Shown: positions 15,909 to 22,353 of the stretch, piece after piece
Layout of the letters: each line of letters opens with the position of its first letter
Position numbering within the stretch: the first letter of the stretch is position 1
Source: a virus
Taxonomy: Duplodnaviria > Caudoviricetes
Virus record (IMG/VR): IMGVR_UViG_3300046495_000030
Location: 1 to 30,303 of that record
Length of the DNA: 30,303 nt
Direction: 5' to 3' (one strand)
Notes under the pieces: generated by a model
Told to the model about the DNA's origin: nothing
Databases searched by the model: none
What the model saw: only the letters and a program-made list of their open reading frames with translations
Position numbers and translations under genes: made by a program

Positions 15909-16364
15909 TTATACGGCCACTTGTTGTTTAATAATATTCAACAAGTGTTTTTTATAGCTGTTTATTTCAATACTAACGTTGCTAGGGTTTACTCGTACAA
16001 GCTCGCCTTTTTTGTTTTCAAATTTTAATTGTTTATCAATCATTATGTACGCTTCAATTTTGGTAATTGAATTATGATCAATGTTTTGTTTTATACATTC
16101 AATCCAAATAGCATTAGCTGATGTGAACTCACTAGGCCAACGATTGGGTGCGCCATAGGTTGCAGTTTTAGCTGCAACCTTTACAGGTTGCGCTGGTATT
16201 TTATGGGTGAAAATACCCTTTGTTAAGCCAGTCATTAATGGCGCGTTTGTTGCTACTTTTTGTACAATTGCTTTAATTGTATGCTTTTTTAAACTAACAC
16301 CAGTTTTAACAGGTGTTACAAAGTTAGCTGGTATACGTTTACTTGTTTTAGTTGTTGCGTTCAT
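15909..16364 (-). CDS. Basic hypothetical protein, first gene of the putative sigma54 operon (start reassigned to ATG at 16364)
   Basis: GAGGG RBS; K/T/A-rich N-half and globular C-half. Confidence 0.8.
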   Translation of the reverse strand: MNATTKTSKRIPANFVTPVKTGVSLKKHTIKAIVQKVATNAPLMTGLTKGIFTHKIPAQPVKVAAKTATYGAPNRWPSEFTSANAIWIECIKQNIDHNSITKIEAYIMIDKQLKFENKKGELVRVNPSNVSIEINSYKKHLLNIIKQQVAV

Positions 16365-16416
16365 TTTATTACCCTCAAAAGTTAACAGTAACAAACATTG
16401 CTACTTAGTAATATAG

Positions 16417-16434
16417 TTGCAATTGTAATGCCAA
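16417..16434 (-). promoter_or_regulatory. sigma54 (-24/-12) promoter TTGGCATTACAATTGCAA
   Basis: TGGCA-N6-TTGCA with exact GG-N10-GC spacing; predicted +1 near 16407, about 43 nt before the ATG at 16364. Confidence 0.8.
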
Positions 16435-16453
16435 CTCCTAACATAAATTAATA

Positions 16454-16473
16454 TGTTATAAATCATACACTTA
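16454..16473. promoter_or_regulatory. IHF-like site between promoter and enhancer
   Basis: AATCATACACTTA, one mismatch to WATCAANNNNTTR, with AT-rich flank; second site AATCAATCACATA near 16565-16577; both share TGTTATAAATCA. Confidence 0.6.
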
Positions 16474-16505
16474 CACTAATCATAAACCATGCCAACAGCT
16501 AATGC

Positions 16506-16606
16506 TGCCCCATAACAGTGCGTATGTAACGCCATAATGGTGCGTTTGCCTGTTTATTGTTATAAATCAATCACATACAAAAGTACAGATGCACACCATT
16601 GGTGCG
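16506..16606. promoter_or_regulatory. Three NtrC-type enhancer boxes (TGCAC-N7-GTGCA-like)
   Basis: TGCCCCATAACAGTGCG 16506-16522; AACGCCATAATGGTGCG 16528-16544; TGCACACCATTGGTGCG 16590-16606. Confidence 0.65.
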
Positions 16607-16668
16607 TTTTTACCATGCTCAAAATAAAACTTGACATATGCTACTATACATGGTTGTCATCATACACT

Positions 16669-16684
16669 AGCACATATCATGCCA
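16669..16684 (-). promoter_or_regulatory. Second sigma54-type site TGGCATGATATGTGCT
   Basis: GG-N10-GC spacing; no ORF directly downstream. Confidence 0.45.
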
Positions 16685-16710
16685 TGTTTATATGATGCTA
16701 TATGCGCCTG

Positions 16711-16803
16711 CTACCCTATGCCATGCTTAAACATGCCTTATTAACACACAGAACAACGTCATAGTAACACGTTAACAGTATACCCTTGACTACCCTATGC
16801 CAT
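16711..16803. repeat. 14-bp direct repeat CTACCCTATGCCAT x2
   Basis: Copies at 16711-16724 and 16790-16803. Confidence 0.85.
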
Positions 16804-17000
16804 TTTAGCGACAACCCCCCATACCCGATGTTTTTTGGTGAGCTGTCGGGGATACCAAACAAATACCCCAATCCAAATTATCAACCATTGCATATGTATT
16901 GGAATACCCAATCTAAATTTCGATACCTAATCATTATTTCCCAAATACCCATATCCAAAATATAGTCTGGACTCAATTTAGAAGCGTAACGTCTGTAATT

Positions 17001-17029
17001 ACCAATAATAACCAATAATAACCAATAAC
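17001..17029. repeat. Tandem 10-bp repeat ACCAATAATA, about 3 copies
   Basis: Read directly, within a C/A-rich tract. Confidence 0.85.
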
Positions 17030-17056
17030 ATCCATCCCAACATCCATAAATTTCAC

Positions 17057-17085
17057 TTGCAAGTATCCACAAATTAATATACCAT
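17057..17085 (+). promoter_or_regulatory. sigma70-type promoter TTGCAA-N17-TACCAT for the dcd/packaging operon
   Basis: Read directly; the -35 sits within the palindrome ACTTGCAAGT. Confidence 0.6.
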
Positions 17086-17141
17086 CCAAACGCACTCATA
17101 ATTGTGGTCATCACCTAACTACCCAAACTAGGAAATAATCT

Positions 17142-17735
17142 ATGTCCTTAATCTCATACCTCGAATTATGTCAACTTGTAGAAGATGGCGTAATTAATGC
17201 AAAACCGGAACAAATCAACGGTAGTTCAATTGATTTAACTTTACATAATCTAATTCGAGTGGAATTAGGTCGCGGTTTATCCGATCCTGCTGTTCGGTTA
17301 AAAGATAAACAAAATATTTCAACTGTGGAATATGATCTTGATTTAAGTCATGTTAGGCCAAATACAACCAATCCTAATCCTAATCCTATATGTGGTTATA
17401 TCTTAAGACCGGATGAATTTATCTTAGCGTCTAGCCACGAAACGTTTAATTTGCCAGATTATATTTCCTGCGAGTATAAGCTCAAGTCGTCCATGGCCAG
17501 AAATGGTCTTGAACATTTAAACGCTGGATGGTGTGATGCTGGTTGGCATAACTCTCGTCTTACTCTGGAACTTAAAAATATTACTCGGTATCACAAGTTG
17601 TTGCTGGAAACTGGTATGCCGATAGGTCAGGTTGTTTTCTTTAAACATGAGCCTGTACCTGTGGATAAATCCTATGCTACTCGTGGTCAATATAACAACC
17701 AAGGGGCGGTCACTGAATCTAAAGGAATACGCTAA
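17142..17735 (+). CDS. dcd: dCTP deaminase
   Basis: SSIDLTL, KSSMARNGL, AGWCDAGW, LTLEL, PIGQVVFF, GQYNNQ motifs. Confidence 0.9.
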   Translation: MSLISYLELCQLVEDGVINAKPEQINGSSIDLTLHNLIRVELGRGLSDPAVRLKDKQNISTVEYDLDLSHVRPNTTNPNPNPICGYILRPDEFILASSHETFNLPDYISCEYKLKSSMARNGLEHLNAGWCDAGWHNSRLTLELKNITRYHKLLLETGMPIGQVVFFKHEPVPVDKSYATRGQYNNQGAVTESKGIR

Positions 17736-18250
17736 TGAGTCCTTCCGATATTTCAATTTATGATGAATTAATTAAGAAGTATCACGCTCAATATCACCTT
17801 CCTTTTGACTGGACTTTATTAAAAGCTCAGTTGTTTGCTGAATCAGAACTATATCCTAACTATGATTCTGGTTCACGAAAGGGTTTAGGGCAATTTACCA
17901 TGGAATTATGGGATGAATACCTATGTAAATGTTCACTTTCCCATAAAACTAGCAGAACTTGTGCCGATGCTGCCATTAAATGTTCGGCTGCTTACATGCA
18001 GGATTTACTTGTGACTTGGAAAAATTCTGAGGATAATCCTTTGAGTCATTATAACTTGGCCTTGGCTTCTTATTACTTGGGTTTGGGTAATATTCTTAAA
18101 GCTCAACGGATAGTTTTAGGTTCGTGTGAGTATAAAAGGGTGCTTTCCGCGCTTAAATTTGTGGTCGGTGTCGAAAATGCTTTACAAACTACCAATTATG
18201 TGAGTAGAATTCACTCGTATCATCGGTCTTTGTTACTCGCTACTACTTAA
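17735..18250 (+). CDS. SLT-domain lytic transglycosylase-like protein
   Basis: WTLLKAQLFAES (catalytic Glu), GLGQF, LASYYLGLGNI, TTNYV motifs. Confidence 0.8.
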   Translation: MSPSDISIYDELIKKYHAQYHLPFDWTLLKAQLFAESELYPNYDSGSRKGLGQFTMELWDEYLCKCSLSHKTSRTCADAAIKCSAAYMQDLLVTWKNSEDNPLSHYNLALASYYLGLGNILKAQRIVLGSCEYKRVLSALKFVVGVENALQTTNYVSRIHSYHRSLLLATT

Positions 18251-18259
18251 GAGGTTATT

Positions 18260-18694
18260 ATGTCTATAGAACAAATGCTAAAAGAAACTTTCAACAGTTC
18301 CGATCCATTGCAAGCTGGTAAACAGCTAATTTTGGCTTTTATTGAGAAAATTCGTCAATTTATTGACGCACAGGACTTTCTTGGTTTGGATGAATTCCTG
18401 GACGAATTGGAAGAAAAGCCTTCCTTGATTGCTGCGGTTATCGTAGCCAATAGTGAGCTAGCGGAACAAATTGATCCTGCCGTTCGCATTGCTGCCGCTG
18501 GAATAATGGACTTAGTTCCTGAACCTGTTACCATTATTGCAAGTGGTTCTGAAACTGTGGTTATCGAACCTCCAGTTGAAAATGAAGTAAGTACTATTGA
18601 TACGCCTTTGTTTACTGCTCATCCATCGCTATTGGCGGAACCTGTAGTGGTGGATGTTACTACACTTCCGGATTTATTGGCTCCTGAAGTTTAA
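18260..18694 (+). CDS. Acidic hypothetical protein
   Basis: 144 aa; GAGG RBS; P/E/V-rich tail. Confidence 0.75.
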   Translation: MSIEQMLKETFNSSDPLQAGKQLILAFIEKIRQFIDAQDFLGLDEFLDELEEKPSLIAAVIVANSELAEQIDPAVRIAAAGIMDLVPEPVTIIASGSETVVIEPPVENEVSTIDTPLFTAHPSLLAEPVVVDVTTLPDLLAPEV

Positions 18695-18721
18695 GAATCA
18701 TGGTCAATTAAGGAATTATTT

Positions 18722-19210
18722 ATGCAATTTTGGGTAAATTCAGGAGAGGGTCAATCAGCTCTAACGGAGTCAGAAATGGCTCTGCGTAATGAGTTTGTTA
18801 GAAATTACTTAATTGACTACGATGAAGTTTTGGCTTGTATGAGAGTTGGATTTAGTAAAGCTTTTGCTGAAACGTGGGCTATTCGGCTAATGTCGGAACC
18901 TTATGTTCAACAAAGAATTACCACACTGACTCAAACTACGCCAGATGATGAGGGTGAACAAGAACGGCTTGACAAGGAATTAACACTCAGTGTCCTTCGT
19001 GAAGCTGCTCAACGTGGACCCTACTCATCAAGGGTGGCGGCTGCGGCTAAACTTGCTGCTATTTTGGGCATGGATAAACCTATTGCAAATACCCTTGATA
19101 TAACGAATCGCGGTGGTGTCATGATCGTTCCCGGAACTGCAAGTATTGATGACTGGGAAACTACTGCGGTTAAAGCTCAACAAGATTTAATTAATGCTGC
19201 ACAGGAATAA
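18722..19210 (+). CDS. terS: Terminase small subunit
   Basis: FVRNYLIDYD..LACMRVGFS...A.RLM.EPYVQ..I HTH pattern; upstream of TerL. Confidence 0.8.
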   Translation: MQFWVNSGEGQSALTESEMALRNEFVRNYLIDYDEVLACMRVGFSKAFAETWAIRLMSEPYVQQRITTLTQTTPDDEGEQERLDKELTLSVLREAAQRGPYSSRVAAAAKLAAILGMDKPIANTLDITNRGGVMIVPGTASIDDWETTAVKAQQDLINAAQE

Positions 19211-19212
19211 AT

Positions 19213-19290
19213 ATGAATACTATGGCTAAAGCTCCATCTAAAGCTCCATCTAAATCAAAATCAAAAGCTCCAATGAAAAAAGGCTGTTAA
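19213..19290 (+). CDS. Basic micropeptide (25 aa, MNTMAKAPSKAPSKSKSKAPMKKGC)
   Basis: AGGA RBS; fills the terS-terL gap; TAATG overlap with terL. Confidence 0.55.
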   Translation: MNTMAKAPSKAPSKSKSKAPMKKGC

Positions 19291-21923
19291 TGACTGATGA
19301 AAGAATAGTCTGGAGTCCTTTACCAGGAAGCCAGACTTTAGCTATGTCATGCCCTGCCCAAATTATTATCTATCATGGTAGTCGGGGTCCTGGTAAGGGT
19401 TTGCCATTAGATGAGCCTGTTTATACAGAACGTGGTCCTGTTCATATAGGCAACTTAAAAGTTGGTGATACCGTTGCTTGCCCTGACGGAAGTAGTTCTA
19501 AAATAATAGGGGTTTACCCTCAAGGGGTAAGACCCGTTTATGAAATTACCTTCTTTGATGGTTCCATTGCTAGGTGTGACGATCAACATATCTGGCCCAT
19601 ACATACCCAGGACGGGAATACAGGTGGTTCTAAGGTTGAATATGGTTATTCGTTGATGACCATGGATCAGGTTATTGAAAGATTCAATACTAATATTTGT
19701 AAACTTCATGTTCCTACATTGGATAGCTTAAAAATGAGGTACAAAGTTCATTTCTCAAATAATAAGTTACCTGTCGACCCATACTTGTTAGGTTTAATAT
19801 TGGGTGACGGAACATTTAGCCAAAACGGTTCCTATTGTACAGTTGATGACCAATTAGCTGAATACGTTTTATTAAACGGTGGTGTTCGTTGGTCTAACGA
19901 TAAACGGTACGAACTACAAAATATAGGGTTCAGTAAGGATTTACAATCTAAACTGACCTTATTAAATATGAAGGATTGTAGATCACATACAAAGTTTATC
20001 CCAGAATCGTATTTGCACCATACTGATGAAAATAGGTTAGCTATTTTGCAAGGTTTAATGGATACCGACGGGACTATTGATAAGAGCGGTTACATGGTGT
20101 TCAATAGTGCTAGTGAGGAACTTAGTAAAGGGGTTCAATATCTGGTAAGATCGCTAGGAGGTAATGCTACTTTAACCAGAAAACCTTCATATATTAAAGA
20201 AGTTCGGTATAAGGATACTTTTGAAGTTTATATTCAACCTGGAAATAAATTTATACCTTTTAGGTTAGAGCGTAAGGTTTCTCGAATTAAACCTTATATG
20301 CACAAAAAACTTTGGAAACGTATTGAATCTATAGTTAGGTTAGACGACGCTGAAACGGTTTGCATCAAAATAGATCACCCGTTAGGTTTGTTTATAACAA
20401 GAGATTTTGTGGTTACTCATAACACTGACAGTCAACTAATGCGCTTCCGTGCTAAGGTTGGACAGGGTTATGGCAGACACTGGCGTGGGGTTATTTTTGA
20501 TAGGGAATATAAGAACCTTGATGACTTAGTTTCTAAATCACAACGGTGGTTTCCTGAATTTAAGGATAATTGTCGCTTTATAAACTCAAAGTCTGACTAC
20601 AAATGGATTTGGAAAACAGGTGAGGAATTACTTTTTCGTACTGTTAAAAAGGATTCGGACTATTGGGGTTTTCATGGTCAAGAGTTTCCTTTTATTGGTT
20701 GGAATGAGTTAACTAAGTTTCCAACACAGAACTTATTTGAAATGATGATGTCTTGTAATCGGTCATCATTCAGGCCAGAAGATTTCCCTTATTATATCAA
20801 TGGTGATTACCTTGCTAAAAAGGGAATTATTCAATATGTTCAAGCAAATCATAAGTTTGCAGTTAAACAGTTTTTACCTGAAATACCTTTAGAAGTGTTT
20901 GCCACATGTAATCCTCATGGAAGTGGGCATAATTGGATAAAAAGACGTTTCATAAATGCTTCAAAAATGGGTCAAATTCTTAAAAACTCTGTTAACGTCT
21001 ATAACCCTAAAACTCAAAAGCGTGAAGATGTAGTCAAAACACAGACTCATATTTTTGGTAGTTATCGCGAGAATAAATACCTCAGCCCTGAATATGTGGC
21101 TACACTTGAATCCATTGATGAACCTAATAAAAGACGTGCTTGGTTGATGGGTGATTGGGACGTTGTTGCCGGTGGTATGTTCGATGACCTTTGGGACTCA
21201 AAAGTGCATATCGTTGAACCTTTTGAGATACCTAGTACATGGCGAATCGACAGGTCATTCGATTGGGGGTCGTCTCACCCCTTTTCCGTTGGCTGGTGGG
21301 CTGAAAGTGATGGGTGCGATATAACACTTGCCGATGGGTCAATTCGGCGTACCATACGCGGAGATTTATTTCGTATTAATGAATGGTATGGGTGGAACGG
21401 TAGGCCAAACGAGGGCTTACGCATGTTAGGAGGTGAAATTGCTAAAGGAATCATCGAAAGAGAAGTTAACTGGAAAATTCATTCTCGCTGCCATCCGGGA
21501 GCTGCGGATAACTCAATTTACGATGTTGAAAATGGGAATAGTATTGCTGCTTCTATGGCAAATCCTATTCGTATTAATGGGAATAATTATCCTGGCGTAA
21601 TGTGGACTCGCTCTGATAAGTCCTCAGGAAGTCGTAAAGCTGGTTGGGAAAAGATACGTTTATACCTTAAACAAGCTAAACCGGAAGTTATAATAGATCC
21701 TGAAACTAAGCAGAAACAATCATTACCGAGAGAAAAACCTGGACTATTTGTCTTTAACAATTGTAAAATGTTTATTGACCTAGTTCCTATTTTACCACGG
21801 GATGAACTTGATCCTGATGATGTTGATACGGATGCTGAAGATCATGTTGGTGATGAGGTTCGCTATCGAGTATTATCTGTTGGTTTAGGTGCTAGGGGTG
21901 GACGTACTAAAGGTGCGCAATAA
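19290..21923 (+). CDS. terL: Terminase large subunit containing an intein (535 aa after splicing)
   Basis: Walker A GSRGPGK|T, Walker B region FIGWNELT, TCNPHG, RNase H-like SFDWGS, EDHVGDEVRY. Confidence 0.93.
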   Translation: MTDERIVWSPLPGSQTLAMSCPAQIIIYHGSRGPGKGLPLDEPVYTERGPVHIGNLKVGDTVACPDGSSSKIIGVYPQGVRPVYEITFFDGSIARCDDQHIWPIHTQDGNTGGSKVEYGYSLMTMDQVIERFNTNICKLHVPTLDSLKMRYKVHFSNNKLPVDPYLLGLILGDGTFSQNGSYCTVDDQLAEYVLLNGGVRWSNDKRYELQNIGFSKDLQSKLTLLNMKDCRSHTKFIPESYLHHTDENRLAILQGLMDTDGTIDKSGYMVFNSASEELSKGVQYLVRSLGGNATLTRKPSYIKEVRYKDTFEVYIQPGNKFIPFRLERKVSRIKPYMHKKLWKRIESIVRLDDAETVCIKIDHPLGLFITRDFVVTHNTDSQLMRFRAKVGQGYGRHWRGVIFDREYKNLDDLVSKSQRWFPEFKDNCRFINSKSDYKWIWKTGEELLFRTVKKDSDYWGFHGQEFPFIGWNELTKFPTQNLFEMMMSCNRSSFRPEDFPYYINGDYLAKKGIIQYVQANHKFAVKQFLPEIPLEVFATCNPHGSGHNWIKRRFINASKMGQILKNSVNVYNPKTQKREDVVKTQTHIFGSYRENKYLSPEYVATLESIDEPNKRRAWLMGDWDVVAGGMFDDLWDSKVHIVEPFEIPSTWRIDRSFDWGSSHPFSVGWWAESDGCDITLADGSIRRTIRGDLFRINEWYGWNGRPNEGLRMLGGEIAKGIIEREVNWKIHSRCHPGAADNSIYDVENGNSIAASMANPIRINGNNYPGVMWTRSDKSSGSRKAGWEKIRLYLKQAKPEVIIDPETKQKQSLPREKPGLFVFNNCKMFIDLVPILPRDELDPDDVDTDAEDHVGDEVRYRVLSVGLGARGGRTKGAQ
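19398..20423 (+). mobile_element. 342-aa intein with LAGLIDADG homing endonuclease, class 3 type
   Basis: Starts GLPLDEPV, ends VVTHN|T; PYLLGLILGDG and LQGLMDTDG; W-C-T triad present. Confidence 0.9.
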
Positions 21924-21939
21924 CTTAATCGGAGTAACC

Positions 21940-22344
21940 ATGAAAATATTTACTAAAATTTCTTTAATCACACTATTTATCTTTATTATAGCAATGTCTG
22001 TTGATATTGCTACTGCTAACATCGTTGGTGCGGTAGATATTAGTTATCCTATCAAATATAAGGCTAAGGGTGTTCCTTTAGCTGCTGGTGAGACTTGCCG
22101 GTCGTCTAAAGTTGTGACAAAATTTAATAAAATAAATAATAACGGAAAGTCCAAAATAGGTTATACTGTAGACCACATTTGTGCGTTAGAATGCGGTGGA
22201 ATTGATAGTGTGGTTAACATGCAGTATCAAACTACTCAGGAAGCTTATTTGAAGGATAGATGGGAGCGTACACCTCCTGGATGTAAGCAAACTTGTAACG
22301 ACACAAATTCCACAAAGAAAAGATTAGTTTTTAACTGTAAGTAA
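21940..22344 (+). CDS. HNH-type nuclease with N-terminal signal peptide/TM (start reassigned to ATG at 21940)
   Basis: GGAG RBS; MKIFTKISLITLFIFIIAMS; GYTVDHICALECGGIDSVVNMQYQT...KDRWE. Confidence 0.75.
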   Translation: MKIFTKISLITLFIFIIAMSVDIATANIVGAVDISYPIKYKAKGVPLAAGETCRSSKVVTKFNKINNNGKSKIGYTVDHICALECGGIDSVVNMQYQTTQEAYLKDRWERTPPGCKQTCNDTNSTKKRLVFNCK

Positions 22345-22353
22345 GGAACTTCA

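Noticed and set aside
16631-16659. Perfect TTGACA as a rightward sigma70 promoter
   Set aside because: No -10 element at 16-18 bp; only a TGACA/TGTCA inverted pair of unknown meaning
16710-16803. TGGCATAGGGTAG copies as functional sigma54 promoters
   Set aside because: GG-to-GC spacing is 9 nt in one copy and GC is missing in the other; sigma54 needs 10 nt
16881-17114. 77-aa minus-strand ORF
   Set aside because: Translation of the low-complexity C/A-rich tract; overlaps the dcd promoter and has no clear RBS
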